Part shown: positions 9,820 to 20,755 of the stretch, one piece after another | How the letters are laid out: each line of letters opens with the position of its first letter | Numbering within the stretch: the stretch's first letter is position 1 | NCBI GenBank assembly: GCA_913057515.1 | Contig: CAJXOJ010000004.1 | Coordinates: forward strand, 35,773-99,772 | Reading direction: 5' to 3' | DNA length: 64,000 bases | Origin: an uncultured Cycloclasticus sp. | GTDB taxonomy: Bacteria > Pseudomonadota > Gammaproteobacteria > Methylococcales > Cycloclasticaceae | Made by a program: the position numbers and the translations under genes | The notes under the pieces: model-generated | Seen by the model: only the letters and a program-made list of their open reading frames with translations | Databases searched by the model: none | What the model was told of the DNA's origin: nothing

Positions 9820-11094
9820 ATGGGTTTTAATGATTTTAATATAGCAGTTATTGGCCTTGGGTATGTCGGCTTACCTCTAGCGGTTGAATTGGGTAAGCAT
9901 TACCCAACTGTTGGTTTTGATATTAGTAAAAAGCGGGTATTAGCGCTAAATAAAGGCGACGATGTGACGTTAGAAATGTCTCGTATTGATATTGCTTCAG
10001 CCCAATGCTTAAAATTTACGACAGATATTGTTGGGATATCATCAGCTAACGTCTATATAGTTACGGTGCCAACGCCAATAGATAATGGAAATAACCCCAA
10101 TTTAACACCTATTAAAGAAGCGACGAAAATGGTCGGAGCTTGTTTGAATGAGGGCGATATTGTTATTTATGAATCTACCGTTTACCCTGGTGCCACTGAA
10201 GAAGTCTGTGTGCCACTACTGGAGATAGTGTCTGGGTTGACGTTTAACGAAGGCTTCTTTTGTGGCTATAGCCCAGAGCGTATAAACCCTGGCGATAAGC
10301 AACGTTCGTTGACTTCTATTGTTAAAGTGACATCGGGTTCGACTCCAGCAATAGCTACAATAGTTGACGAGTTATACCAATCAATAATTTCGGCAGGTAC
10401 TTATAAAGTCAGTAGCATCAAAGTAGCGGAAGCATCAAAAGTTATTGAAAACACGCAGCGCGATATCAACATTGCTTTAATGAATGAGTTTGCGCTTATT
10501 TTTAACCGTATTGGAATTGATACGGAAGAAGTGTTGGAAGCAGCAGGTACAAAATGGAACTTTCTACCGTTTAGACCAGGCCTAGTCGGCGGGCACTGTA
10601 TAGGTGTCGATCCTTACTATTTAGCGCATAAAGCAGAAACACTTGGGTACCACCCTCAACTTATCGCAGCTGGTCGGCGGATTAACGATAAGATGGGGTC
10701 TTTTGTTGTAAGTGAAGTCGTAAAGCTTATGGCTAGTAAGGGTTTAAGTATCGTTGGGGCGCGAGTTTTAATGATGGGGCTGTCGTTTAAAGAAAACTGC
10801 CCAGACTTAAGAAATACACGTGTTATAGGCATGATTAATGAGTTGGAATCATACAATGCTGTTGTGGATGTTTATGACCCATGGGTTAAGGAAGATGAGC
10901 TTCAAAATATGCCTGTGTTACGTTTAATAGAGAAGCCAAGTGAAGGTAGTTATGATGCTATTATTATCGCTGTCTCTCATGATCAGTTTAAAGCACTTAG
11001 AGTTGAAGAAATCAGGCTGTTAGGTAAAGAAAATCATGTGATTTATGATATTAAGTATTTACTAACTACCAGTGAGTCGGATGGGCGGTTGTAA
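9820..11094 (+). CDS. tviB: UDP-N-acetylhexosamine C-6 dehydrogenase (TviB/WbpO family)
   Basis: [10 protein letters not shown] Rossmann motif, [36 protein letters not shown]. Confidence 0.88.
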   Translation: MGFNDFNIAVIGLGYVGLPLAVELGKHYPTVGFDISKKRVLALNKGDDVTLEMSRIDIASAQCLKFTTDIVGISSANVYIVTVPTPIDNGNNPNLTPIKEATKMVGACLNEGDIVIYESTVYPGATEEVCVPLLEIVSGLTFNEGFFCGYSPERINPGDKQRSLTSIVKVTSGSTPAIATIVDELYQSIISAGTYKVSSIKVAEASKVIENTQRDINIALMNEFALIFNRIGIDTEEVLEAAGTKWNFLPFRPGLVGGHCIGVDPYYLAHKAETLGYHPQLIAAGRRINDKMGSFVVSEVVKLMASKGLSIVGARVLMMGLSFKENCPDLRNTRVIGMINELESYNAVVDVYDPWVKEDELQNMPVLRLIEKPSEGSYDAIIIAVSHDQFKALRVEEIRLLGKENHVIYDIKYLLTTSESDGRL

Positions 11095-11317
11095 TTAAAT
11101 ATTATGTATATGTCATGCTAGCAGTTAATCCCAGTCTTTAGTATGAATGAATGTTTTGTATAAGTTATAGCTTAGGTTGATTTGGGTGTGTTGAGAAGGC
11201 AGTTTGTGTTGGGAAGTTTTGGCTATTTAAGCTGATTGAGGTATATAGCTAACAATCAGTTGCAAACTCAGCTTATGGGTATTAGGCTTATCAATCTCAC
11301 CTTATGAAGCCCCAGTT

Positions 11318-13534
11318 GTGTCGAAAAAACGCCCCCCAAATAAGCAGCCTCAAAAAGAGACGATAACATTAGATAATGCTTTGGTTAGCAAAACTCAGTT
11401 AATAACGTATTTGGCGAACCAAAAGCGCCCACAAGCTTGGATTGATATTGCTGGTGGTTTGGGCGTTCAAACAAAGCGTGAAAAAAAATCGTTATCGGGT
11501 CATTTATCAGCGATGCTGAAATCCGGTGAGCTGTTATTTAACCGAAAAGAGCAATACTGCCTAGTGCAGCAAAGTGACCTTGAAACAGGGACAGTGATTG
11601 GCCATGCAGATGGTTTTGGGTTTTTAAAGCGTGATGCAGGTGGTGATGATATGTTTATACCGCCGCACGAAATGCGTACCCTGATGAACGGCGACAAAGT
11701 GGTCGCGAGCCGTGGAAAACTAAACCGCCAAGGCAAGCTAGAAGCGCGTGTTGTAGAAGTGTTAGAGCGAAAGGTAAAAACGGTGGTTGGGCGGTTTTTT
11801 GATGTGATGGGTGTTTTTCATGTCGAAGCGGAAAATAAACGTATTTTTCAACATATCTTAATTCCTGCTGATGCGACCATGGGCGCAAAAGATGGCCAAA
11901 TTGTGATGGTGCAGATTTCACATTACCCCTCGGCACGGACTCAAGCTATCGCTAAAGTGACAGAGGTGATGGGTGACCACATGGCACCAGGAATGGAGAT
12001 CGATATGGCCATTCGCTCTCATGAGTTACCTAGTACCTGGTCGCAAGCGGTTTTTGATGAAGCGCAAGGGTTTGGTGGCTCCGTTACAGAGGCAGACTTA
12101 ACCGACCGAAAAGATATTCGTAAATTACCGTTTGTGACGATTGATGGTGCTGATGCACGAGATTTTGACGATGCGGTGTTTTGTAAGAAAATGGCCAAAG
12201 GCTGGAAGCTTTACGTTGCCATTGCGGATGTAGCGCATTATGTAAAGCCCAATAGCGCCATCGATATAGAAGCTTATGAGCGTGGAACATCAGTGTATTT
12301 TCCTGGAAAGGTGATACCCATGTTACCCGAAGTGCTATCGAATGGTTTATGCAGCCTTAACCCTGAAGTGGATCGCTTATGTATGGTTTGCGAGATGCGC
12401 TTGGACGAGCTCGGTACAGTGACAAGCGCCAATTTTTACCAAGCGGTAATGTATTCGCACGCACGGCTTACCTATGATGAGGTGGGGTCGATATTTGAAG
12501 AGACAGAGCCAGGATTGCTTCAGAAACACAAAAAGTTGCTACCACATTTAAATACGCTAAGAGGCTTGTATGAAGTGATGAAAGTGGCTGCAGATGAGCG
12601 TGGGGCGCTTGAATTTGATACCTTTGAAACACGTTTTGTTTTTGATAAAAACCGAAAAATTAAGGCAATCGAGCCGGTTGTTAGGCATGACGCTCATCGC
12701 TTAATTGAAGTGTTTATGATTGCAGCAAATGCATCAACCGCTCATTTTTTAGCAAAGCATAAAATGCCAAATTTGCTACGGATACACGAAGGGCCAAGCA
12801 TTGATCGATTATTAAAGCTCAGAGGGTTCTTGTCAGAGCTTGGTTTGACCTTAGAAGGCGGTGAAGAGCCAAAACCACATCATTATCGGCAGCTTATTTC
12901 GAGCATACAAAGTAGGCCCGACTCGCATTTGGTTGAAACCGTTATGCTACGCTCTATGTCGCAAGCCATGTACAGCCCAAAGCAGGAAGGGCATTTTGGC
13001 TTAGCGTTAGAGCTATATGCCCACTTTACATCGCCCATTCGGCGCTACCCAGATTTGCTAACACATAGAGCGATTAAGCACGTTATTGAAAAGTTAAAAC
13101 CAACGAGTTTTGATTACTCAGATGCAGATATGGACTTATTCGGGGAACATTGTTCATCATGTAGTCGGCGTGCCGATGAAGCGACGCGTGACGTAGAGAG
13201 TTGGTTGAAGTGTGAATTTATGATGGACAAAATTGGTCAAGAATTTACTGGTGTTGTGTCGTCTGTTACGTCATTTGGCTTGTTTGTAGAATTAGATAAG
13301 GTGTTTATTGATGGCTTGGTTCATGTGACTGCACTGGGCGATGACTACTATCATTTTGATGCGAGCAAGCATCGTTTGTTAGGAGAACGTACAAATAAAT
13401 CATTTCGCTTAGGTGATAGTTTGAAAGTTAAGGTGGTTAAAGTAAGTTTGGACGATAAGAAAATTGATTTGGCGTTAGTGGGTGCTGGTAAGAAAAAAGC
13501 ACTGGGCAAGCGCAGTAAAAAGAAAAGACGCTAA
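11318..13534 (+). CDS. rnr: Ribonuclease R
   Basis: TIDGADARDFDDA catalytic motif, HFTSPIRRYPDL, C-terminal S1 domain and basic tail; upstream of rlmB. Confidence 0.97.
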   Translation: MSKKRPPNKQPQKETITLDNALVSKTQLITYLANQKRPQAWIDIAGGLGVQTKREKKSLSGHLSAMLKSGELLFNRKEQYCLVQQSDLETGTVIGHADGFGFLKRDAGGDDMFIPPHEMRTLMNGDKVVASRGKLNRQGKLEARVVEVLERKVKTVVGRFFDVMGVFHVEAENKRIFQHILIPADATMGAKDGQIVMVQISHYPSARTQAIAKVTEVMGDHMAPGMEIDMAIRSHELPSTWSQAVFDEAQGFGGSVTEADLTDRKDIRKLPFVTIDGADARDFDDAVFCKKMAKGWKLYVAIADVAHYVKPNSAIDIEAYERGTSVYFPGKVIPMLPEVLSNGLCSLNPEVDRLCMVCEMRLDELGTVTSANFYQAVMYSHARLTYDEVGSIFEETEPGLLQKHKKLLPHLNTLRGLYEVMKVAADERGALEFDTFETRFVFDKNRKIKAIEPVVRHDAHRLIEVFMIAANASTAHFLAKHKMPNLLRIHEGPSIDRLLKLRGFLSELGLTLEGGEEPKPHHYRQLISSIQSRPDSHLVETVMLRSMSQAMYSPKQEGHFGLALELYAHFTSPIRRYPDLLTHRAIKHVIEKLKPTSFDYSDADMDLFGEHCSSCSRRADEATRDVESWLKCEFMMDKIGQEFTGVVSSVTSFGLFVELDKVFIDGLVHVTALGDDYYHFDASKHRLLGERTNKSFRLGDSLKVKVVKVSLDDKKIDLALVGAGKKKALGKRSKKKRR

Positions 13535-14274
13535 TGGCTGAGATGCAGAAAATATATGGCATTCATGCTGTGCAAGCACTGGTTGAATCTCGACCTGACC
13601 AAATCGTTAGCGCGTGGATGGATTGCCAGCGAAAAGATATAAAGTTACAGCAGCTAAAGAAAAACCTAGATGACATTGGCGTCCGTGTTGAATATACAGA
13701 AAGAAAAACGCTCGATAAACTATCAAGCATGGGCAATCATCAAGGTATTTTGCTGACTGTTAAACTGCCGCAAGAAAGGACAGAAGAAGCGCTTAAAAAA
13801 GTCGTTAAAGAGCGAACGGAGAATGCATTTTATTTAGTCTTGGATCAGGTCACCGACCCGCATAATTTGGGCGCTTGCTTAAGAACGGCATTAGCCGTTG
13901 GTGTACAAGGTGTTATTGTGCCGAAAGATAACGCTTGTCGATTAAATGCAACAGTTTGTAAAGTGGCCAGCGGGGCGGCAGAGGTGCTCCCAGTCTACCG
14001 TGTTACCAACTTAGTTAGAACCTTGAAATGGCTAAAAAAAGAAGGTGTGTGGCTTAGTGGTGCGGCGGGTGAAGCTGCGTTAGATGTTTTTGATGCTGAA
14101 CTGAGCGGTTCGGTTGCTATTGTGATGGGTGCGGAAGGTAAAGGTTTAAGGCAATTAACTCAACAACAATGTGATCAATTAGTAAAGATTCCAATGGCTG
14201 ATAAAATGGAGAGCCTGAATGTGTCAGTGGCTGCTGGGGTTATTTTGTATGAAGTCTTTAGGCAAAATAAATGA
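13534..14274 (+). CDS. rlmB: 23S rRNA (guanosine2251-2'-O)-methyltransferase
   Basis: SPOUT motifs DPHNLGACLR, MGAEGKGLR, SLNVSVA. Confidence 0.95.
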   Translation: MAEMQKIYGIHAVQALVESRPDQIVSAWMDCQRKDIKLQQLKKNLDDIGVRVEYTERKTLDKLSSMGNHQGILLTVKLPQERTEEALKKVVKERTENAFYLVLDQVTDPHNLGACLRTALAVGVQGVIVPKDNACRLNATVCKVASGAAEVLPVYRVTNLVRTLKWLKKEGVWLSGAAGEAALDVFDAELSGSVAIVMGAEGKGLRQLTQQQCDQLVKIPMADKMESLNVSVAAGVILYEVFRQNK

Positions 14275-14496
14275 CTTTAACGAATTAGCAGATTTCATGC
14301 TAATTTCACATTATGAACCACTTTAAAAAAGCAATTAGAATGGTTTTTGCTTGATTGCTTAACACCCTGTCGCTGACGTGGTATGAAAGGTTCAAGTTGG
14401 TCATCGTATTGAAAACATCTTAATAAGTTTAAAGCATCGCTATTAACTAATTGTCAGCATTAAACGAGGTGAGGGCTTGAGTGTCGGTGGATTAAC

Positions 14497-14531
14497 TTGA
14501 TTTGCATTGGTATTGCCTGTAAAATCGCGCG
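14497..14531 (+). promoter_or_regulatory. Sigma70 promoter of the rpsF operon with GC-rich discriminator
   Basis: TTGATT-N17-TAAAAT followed by CGCGCG. Confidence 0.65.
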
Positions 14532-14564
14532 TTCAAAATTGTAGTCAGTTATCAACTGGTTATG

Positions 14565-14615
14565 ATCCTTGCTTCACCTGGTGTCAGGGAGGCTATACAT
14601 CCTTAAGGAGATAAA
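14565..14615 (+). promoter_or_regulatory. rpsF leader, S6:S18-type autoregulatory RNA element
   Basis: TCCTTGCTTC...GGAGGCT...ATCCTTAAGGAG: 5' UCCUU can pair with the AAGGA SD and encloses a hairpin, as in described rpsF leaders. Confidence 0.65.
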
Positions 14616-15044
14616 ATGAGACATTACGAAGTTGTATTTTTGGTTCACCCGGATCAAAGTGCGCAAGTACCTGCAATGGTTGAGCGTTACAGCGCATCAA
14701 TTACAGAGCGCGGTGGCAATATCCATCGAGTAGAAGACTGGGGTAGAAGACAGCTTGCTTACCCAATCAACAAAATTCACAAAGCTCATTACACATTAAT
14801 GAACATTGAATGTGATCAAGAAAGCCTTGATGAGTTAGAAAAATCATTTAAATTCAACGATGCTGTGATCAGAAATATGATCGTACGTCGTGATGAAGCA
14901 ACAACAGGTACAACACCACTTGCTAAATCTAATGAAAAAGAAGCTGCTAAGCCTTATGTGAAGCCAGTTGAAAAAACCGCTGAGGCATCAGCTGAAAAAA
15001 CAGAAGTGTCTGAGCCTGCTGCTGAAAAAGCAACAGAAGAATAA
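14616..15044 (+). CDS. rpsF: 30S ribosomal protein S6
   Basis: [27 protein letters not shown]; acidic tail ending EE. Confidence 0.98.
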   Translation: MRHYEVVFLVHPDQSAQVPAMVERYSASITERGGNIHRVEDWGRRQLAYPINKIHKAHYTLMNIECDQESLDELEKSFKFNDAVIRNMIVRRDEATTGTTPLAKSNEKEAAKPYVKPVEKTAEASAEKTEVSEPAAEKATEE

Positions 15045-15076
15045 GACACGGTTTAATAAAAATATAAGGAATAGAC

Positions 15077-15313
15077 ATGGCATTTGATAAAGGTTTTAGA
15101 CGTCCACGTTATTGCCGTTTTACTGCGGAAAACGTAAAAGAAATCGATTATAAAGATTTAGATACATTAAAAGAATATATGACAGAAACAGGAAAAATTA
15201 TTCCTGCACGTGTAACAGGTGTTAAAGCAAAATACCAACGTCAGTTAACAGCGGCTATTAAAAAAGCACGTTTTCTATCGTTGATTCCATATTGCGACGC
15301 ACACGAACGTTAA
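15077..15313 (+). CDS. rpsR: 30S ribosomal protein S18
   Basis: [33 protein letters not shown]. Confidence 0.97.
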   Translation: MAFDKGFRRPRYCRFTAENVKEIDYKDLDTLKEYMTETGKIIPARVTGVKAKYQRQLTAAIKKARFLSLIPYCDAHER

Positions 15314-15352
15314 ACTTTTTGTCGCGAATTATCGCGTTTTAAGCCCAGCGTT

Positions 15353-16258
15353 ATGAAAGCAATAGCAACATTTATTATGCAAGGTGGGCGGCAGGCTACG
15401 ATTGTTGTAGCAACGATGGCTATTTTGTCATTGTTAATGCCACCCTTATTGATAGTAAGTGTTGCTGCTGTATGTTTAGTGACGCTTAGAAATGGTGCGG
15501 TTGAAGGTTTAAAGGTTCTGGTAGGCTCAACGGTAGCTACTGCTTTAATGAGTTTTATGTTGTTGGGAACATCGTTAGTTTCTTTCACCTATTTATTTGT
15601 TATGTGGTTACCTGCATTTTTAGTGTCAATGGTGCTTCGTGACACGGGGCAGTTAAACAAAGCGCTAGAGTTTTTAGTTGTATTGGGAATGCTTGCAGTA
15701 GCGGGTGTTTATTTAACACTCGATATCCCTGCTCAGTTTTGGCTAATAGGTATTCAAGAAGTATTAAAAAGTTTAACTGAGCAACAAGAATTATCAATCA
15801 CTCAGGCTGAACTGGAAGACGGGTTGGTGTTTTGGTCGCAATATATAACCGGGGTTGTGGTCGCAGGTACATTGGTTAGCTTGCTAATGAGTTTAATGTT
15901 AGGAAGGTGGTGGCAAGGCCTGTTATACAATGCAGGTGGTTTCAATGAAGAGTTTAGCCATTTTCGTTTGTTACCACGTGATGGTATTGTGTTTGTAGTA
16001 TTAATGGCTTTGGGTGTGTTGTTAGACGGGTCATTTGCAGAATTAGTATGGAACTTAGATATACAAGTTTTATTATTGTTTTTTATAGTTGGTATATCGG
16101 TTGTTCATGTGGTGATAAAAAACAGAGGTGGTAGTCGCTACTTGCTTGGTTTTTTTTACATTGCAGTATTTTTTGTACCGCATTTGGTAATACCTTTAGT
16201 GTTAATTGGGTTGTCAGATGTATGGATGGATTGGCGGTATCGGTTGGTTAAAACGTAG
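15353..16258 (+). CDS. Polytopic membrane protein (DUF2232/YybS-like)
   Basis: About 8 TM segments, GRWWQ..LYN.GGF..EF, D.W.D.R end; typical position between rpsR and rplI. Confidence 0.8.
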   Translation: MKAIATFIMQGGRQATIVVATMAILSLLMPPLLIVSVAAVCLVTLRNGAVEGLKVLVGSTVATALMSFMLLGTSLVSFTYLFVMWLPAFLVSMVLRDTGQLNKALEFLVVLGMLAVAGVYLTLDIPAQFWLIGIQEVLKSLTEQQELSITQAELEDGLVFWSQYITGVVVAGTLVSLLMSLMLGRWWQGLLYNAGGFNEEFSHFRLLPRDGIVFVVLMALGVLLDGSFAELVWNLDIQVLLLFFIVGISVVHVVIKNRGGSRYLLGFFYIAVFFVPHLVIPLVLIGLSDVWMDWRYRLVKT

Positions 16259-16296
16259 CGTTGAATTAAATTTTAAATATATAGGATTAAGTAAAG

Positions 16297-16746
16297 ATGA
16301 ACATTATTCTTCTTGAAAAAGTAGCAAATTTAGGTAACTTGGGCGATAAAGTATCAGTTAAACCAGGTTTTGGTCGCAATTTTTTAATTCCAGGTGGTAA
16401 GGCAGTATTGGCAACAGCGGAAAGAATTAAAGAGTTTGAAGGACGTAGAGCTGAGTTAGAAAAAGCTGAAGCTGAACGTTTAAATCAAGCACAGGCAAGA
16501 GCTGAATCAATTGAAAAGCTCAGTTTAACAATTACTCACCAAGCGGGCGAAGAAGGCAAGTTGTTTGGTTCTGTTGGTTTGCCAGATATTATCAAAGCAT
16601 GTTCAGAAGCAGGCGTTGATGTTGAGAAGCAAGAAATTAAATTATCAGAAGGCTCGATTAGACAAACAGGTGAATTTGAAGTTGCTATTCATTTGCACAC
16701 CGATGTTATTACGTCACTTAAGTTGGCGGTTGTTGCTGAAGATTAA
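16297..16746 (+). CDS. rplI: 50S ribosomal protein L9
   Basis: LGNLGDKVSVKPGFGRNFLIP, GKLFGSV. Confidence 0.98.
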   Translation: MNIILLEKVANLGNLGDKVSVKPGFGRNFLIPGGKAVLATAERIKEFEGRRAELEKAEAERLNQAQARAESIEKLSLTITHQAGEEGKLFGSVGLPDIIKACSEAGVDVEKQEIKLSEGSIRQTGEFEVAIHLHTDVITSLKLAVVAED

Positions 16747-16761
16747 GACGTTGTATTTGTT

Positions 16762-16797
16762 AAAAAAGCCGATGTCTTTTGACATCGGCTTTTTTTT
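16762..16797 (+). terminator. Intrinsic terminator after rplI
   Basis: AAAAAAGCCGATGTC-TTTT-GACATCGGCTTTTTTTT. Confidence 0.92.
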
Positions 16798-16859
16798 GCG
16801 ATGAATAATTCTCCTTCCTGTACAATCGTTTTGCCGTTCATTTTTATTTAAACACGCTC

Positions 16860-18257
16860 ATGCCAGAAGAACCTTTATTTGATTATGAAATTCCTGATGA
16901 AACGGAATTTCTTCGTGTACCTCCACATTCAATACAAGCCGAACAGTCAGTTTTAGGTGGTTTGATGCTAGATAACCAATGCTGGGATACCGTTGCTGAT
17001 AAGGTCTCACCGGAAGATTTTTATCGTAAAGACCACCGTCTTATTTTTGAATCCATTGCTGATTTGGCAAAAAAAGATGAACCCTTTGATGTGGTGACTA
17101 TTTCAGAAGTATTGGGCCAAACGGGTGAATTGGAGAGTGTAGGTGGGTTGGCCTATTTGGGTGCATTAGCAAAAGACACACCGAGTGCGGCAAATATTGT
17201 TAGTTATGCGGCTATTGTTCGGCAACGTTCTGTTCGGCGACAATTAATTCATATTGGAAATGAAATCTCAGACTCCGGTTTTGATACTGAAGGACGTGAT
17301 ATTAATGAGCTCTTGGATCAAGCCGAAAGCAAGGTTTTTAAAATTGCTGAGCAAGGGGCAAAAGGTCAAAAAGGCTTTGAGTCAATTAAGGAATTGCTAG
17401 GTGTTGCGGTTGATAAAATTACTGAATTACACGAAAACCAGAATGCTATTACTGGGGCAAGTACAGGCTTTACCGACTTAGATGAAATGACCTCAGGTTT
17501 GCAGCCTGCAGATTTAATTATCGTGGCGGGTCGACCCTCAATGGGTAAGACCAGTTTTGCCATGAACCTGGCAGAAAACGTCGGTATTTTAAGCGGCTTA
17601 CCGATTGCTGTATTTAGTATGGAGATGCCGGGTGATTCGTTGGCAATGAGAATGATGTCTTCGCTCGGCCGCATTGATCAACATAAAGTGAGAACAGGGC
17701 AACTTGATGATGATGAGTGGCCGAGAATGCAATCGTCCATTAACTTGTTGGCGGAAGCAAAAATCTTTATAGATGACACGGCTGCGTTAAGCCCGATTGA
17801 AGTTCGCGCTCGTGCTCGGCGCTTAATGAAAGAGCACGGTCAATTAGGCTTGATTGTATTGGATTATTTGCAGTTGATGCAGTCGCCCTCAAAAAGTGAG
17901 AGTCGTGTTGCGGAGATTTCAGATATTTCACGCTCATTAAAAGCGTTGGCGAAAGAGTTAAATGTTCCTGTTATTGCGTTATCGCAGTTAAACCGTAATT
18001 TGGAACAACGACCTAATAAACGCCCCGTTATGTCAGATTTAAGGGAGTCTGGCAGTATCGAGCAGGATGCCGATGTGATTATCTTTATTTATAGAGATGA
18101 GGTTTATAACGAGGATTCTGATGCAAAAGGGGTTGCTGAAATTATTATTGGTAAGCAGCGTAATGGCCCAATTGGAACCTGCCGACTTACCTTTTTAGGT
18201 CAATATACACGGTTCGAAAATTACCTAAACGATGGATATATTGATGATGAGTACTAA
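16860..18257 (+). CDS. dnaB: Replicative DNA helicase
   Basis: PPHSIQAEQSVLGG, Walker A GRPSMGKT, DYLQL, DLRESGSIEQDAD; normal length, no intein. Confidence 0.98.
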   Translation: MPEEPLFDYEIPDETEFLRVPPHSIQAEQSVLGGLMLDNQCWDTVADKVSPEDFYRKDHRLIFESIADLAKKDEPFDVVTISEVLGQTGELESVGGLAYLGALAKDTPSAANIVSYAAIVRQRSVRRQLIHIGNEISDSGFDTEGRDINELLDQAESKVFKIAEQGAKGQKGFESIKELLGVAVDKITELHENQNAITGASTGFTDLDEMTSGLQPADLIIVAGRPSMGKTSFAMNLAENVGILSGLPIAVFSMEMPGDSLAMRMMSSLGRIDQHKVRTGQLDDDEWPRMQSSINLLAEAKIFIDDTAALSPIEVRARARRLMKEHGQLGLIVLDYLQLMQSPSKSESRVAEISDISRSLKALAKELNVPVIALSQLNRNLEQRPNKRPVMSDLRESGSIEQDADVIIFIYRDEVYNEDSDAKGVAEIIIGKQRNGPIGTCRLTFLGQYTRFENYLNDGYIDDEY

Positions 18258-18306
18258 CTCACTCAATTTTGTTCTCTCAATAAATTAACAACCTTTCAGC
18301 TTAACC

Positions 18307-19401
18307 GTGCCCCAACGTACTGAAGTGATTATTGACTTAGCGGCATTGAAGCATAATGTTTCAATGGCCCGCAAAGCAGCGCCTTATTCAAAGTTAATGG
18401 CAGTCATCAAAGCGAATGCCTATGGACATGGGATGTTAGATATCGCCAAGGCCTTGTCTGATGTTGAGGGCTTTGCAGTAGCGCGGATAGATGAGGCGAT
18501 AAAACTAAGGGAAGCTGGTGTGACACAAACCATTATGGTTTTCACCGGGTTTTTGTCGGCTGATGAGGTCCGTCAATTTTCGCACTATGATTTAGATGCG
18601 GTAATTCATAGTGAATATCAATTAGAGCTTCTTAATGCAAGCGCGGCTGTTAAGCCGTTGTCAGTTTGGTTGAAGATAAATACGGGGATGAACCGTTTAG
18701 GTGTTGATAGCTCGGCTGTGACTCGCTTAAATGATGGCTTACAGTTATCGGGAAAGGTTCGTTTACCGATCAAGCTGATGACGCATTTAGCATGTGCAGA
18801 TGATATGAGTAGGCCGACAACGACACAGCAAATTGAGCTGTTTGATGCCTGTACTTCAGGTTTAGCAGGAGAGCAAAGTATTGCCAATTCAGCCGGTCTT
18901 CTTGGCTGGCAGCAGGCTCGACGGCATTGGGTTCGTCCAGGGATTATGTTGTATGGAGGGAGTCCTTTTTGTAACGCAGCAGCGAGTGATGATGGACTGC
19001 TTCCAGTGATGACATTAAAAAGTAGTGTGCTTTCACTTCAAACGGTAAAAAAGGGCGAGTGTGTAGGCTATGGAGGGGTGTGGCAGGCTAAAAAAACCAG
19101 TTTAATAGCAACTGTTGGGATAGGGTATGGCGATGGTTATCCTCGGCATGCTGAAATAGGCACGTTTGTGTTGCTGGGCAGGCAGCAAGCACCATTAGTG
19201 GGAAGAGTGTCAATGGACTCGATCAATATAGATGTTAGTCAATGCGAAAGTGTTCAGGTAGGTGATGAGGTTGTTTTGTGGGGTGAAGGCTTACCAATAG
19301 AAGAGCTTGCTGAAAAAAGTGGCACAATTTCCTATGAACTGATGTGTGGTGTCACAGAACGTGTGTTAAGGGTTATTAAAGGGGCTGAAGATGGCGGCTA
19401 A
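18307..19401 (+). CDS. alr: Alanine racemase
   Basis: AVIKANAYGHG (PLP lysine), VRPGIMLYG, GYGDGYPR, GRVSMD. Confidence 0.97.
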   Translation: MPQRTEVIIDLAALKHNVSMARKAAPYSKLMAVIKANAYGHGMLDIAKALSDVEGFAVARIDEAIKLREAGVTQTIMVFTGFLSADEVRQFSHYDLDAVIHSEYQLELLNASAAVKPLSVWLKINTGMNRLGVDSSAVTRLNDGLQLSGKVRLPIKLMTHLACADDMSRPTTTQQIELFDACTSGLAGEQSIANSAGLLGWQQARRHWVRPGIMLYGGSPFCNAAASDDGLLPVMTLKSSVLSLQTVKKGECVGYGGVWQAKKTSLIATVGIGYGDGYPRHAEIGTFVLLGRQQAPLVGRVSMDSINIDVSQCESVQVGDEVVLWGEGLPIEELAEKSGTISYELMCGVTERVLRVIKGAEDGG

Positions 19402-20755
19402 GCCAAAAACAACGTACCACTGTCGTGAATGTGGTGCCGGTGCAACAAAATGGGCGGGGCAGTGTCAAGATTGTGGAGGCTGGAATACGCTTGAAGAATC
19501 GACAACGTCGAGTTCATCCAAAGTCAATCGATATAGTGGTTATGCGGATCAAGCAAGTTCTGCTGAAGTACAAGTTTTATCGAAGGTGGAAGCTCAATGC
19601 TTAGATCGAATTAACACAGGCATGGGTGAGTTAGATCGTGTACTGGGTGGCGGGGTTGTGCCGGGCTCGGCAATCTTGATCGGTGGAGATCCAGGCATTG
19701 GTAAGTCGACCTTATTATTGCAGTCGTTATCCAGTTTGGCTCAACGTACGAAAACGCTTTATGTTACTGGCGAAGAATCTGCACAACAAGTGAGTATGCG
19801 GGCAACCAGGCTTCAGCTACCAGTCGACCAAGTTAATATTTTATGTGAAATCTCGTTAGAAACCATTTTAGCAACGGCTGAGAAAATGTCCTCAGATGTA
19901 TTGGTCATCGACTCAATTCAAACTGTTTTTAGCGAAGAACTGCAGTCTGCACCCGGCTCGGTTGGACAAGTAAGAGAGTGCGCGGCACGTTTAGTACGTT
20001 TTGCAAAACGTACTAATACAGCTATTTTTTTGGTTGGCCATGTGACTAAAGAAGGTGCCATTGCCGGGCCACGTGTTTTAGAGCATATGGTGGATTGTGT
20101 TCTATATTTTGAGGGCGATTCAGGCAGTCGCTTTCGAGTGATTCGTGCTATAAAAAACCGTTTTGGTGCGGTGAATGAGCTGGGTGTTTTTGCGATGACA
20201 GAGAAGGGGCTTCGTGAGGTAGCGAATCCATCTGCGATCTTTCTTTCGCGGCATGAGCATGAAGTGCCAGGTAGTATTGTGATGGTGACGCGAGAAGGGA
20301 CGAGACCGTTATTAGTTGAAGTGCAGGCGTTGGTTGATGATACTCGGCAAGGAAACCCTAAGCGCGTCACGGTTGGAATGGATCAGAATCGTTTAGCGAT
20401 GTTGTTGGCTATTTTGAATAGACATGGACAGTGTTCGTTAATCGATCAAGATGTATTCGTGAATATTGTGGGGGGCTTACGGGTGATGGAAACGGGGGGC
20501 GATTTAGCGGTTGTGGCTGCGTTATTGTCTAGTTTTAAGTCTAAAAATATTCCTAAAGATTGGGTGGTATTTGGTGAATTAGGCCTCTCAGGTGAAGTGC
20601 GCCCCGTGCCGAATGGAGAAGAGCGTTTAAGAGAGGCGGCGAAACATGGTTTTAAGTTTGCGCTAGCGCCGAAAGGCAATATTCCTAAAGATGGGGTAAA
20701 AGGTTTAGATATTCATCCGGTTAGCGTGTTGCGAGACGCCTTAAGCTTTTTCTAA
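19391..20755 (+). CDS. radA: DNA repair protein RadA/Sms
   Basis: C4 zinc finger, GGDPGIGKST, KNRFG, Lon-like C-terminus. Confidence 0.97.
   Translation: MAAKPKTTYHCRECGAGATKWAGQCQDCGGWNTLEESTTSSSSKVNRYSGYADQASSAEVQVLSKVEAQCLDRINTGMGELDRVLGGGVVPGSAILIGGDPGIGKSTLLLQSLSSLAQRTKTLYVTGEESAQQVSMRATRLQLPVDQVNILCEISLETILATAEKMSSDVLVIDSIQTVFSEELQSAPGSVGQVRECAARLVRFAKRTNTAIFLVGHVTKEGAIAGPRVLEHMVDCVLYFEGDSGSRFRVIRAIKNRFGAVNELGVFAMTEKGLREVANPSAIFLSRHEHEVPGSIVMVTREGTRPLLVEVQALVDDTRQGNPKRVTVGMDQNRLAMLLAILNRHGQCSLIDQDVFVNIVGGLRVMETGGDLAVVAALLSSFKSKNIPKDWVVFGELGLSGEVRPVPNGEERLREAAKHGFKFALAPKGNIPKDGVKGLDIHPVSVLRDALSFF

Noticed and set aside
11095-11317. Possible tRNA upstream of rnr, a position often occupied by tRNA-Leu
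   Set aside because: No T-loop GTTCRA, cloverleaf or CCA end found on either strand
15045-15076. Absence of priB between rpsF and rpsR
   Set aside because: Common outside enterobacteria and their relatives, for example in Pseudomonas
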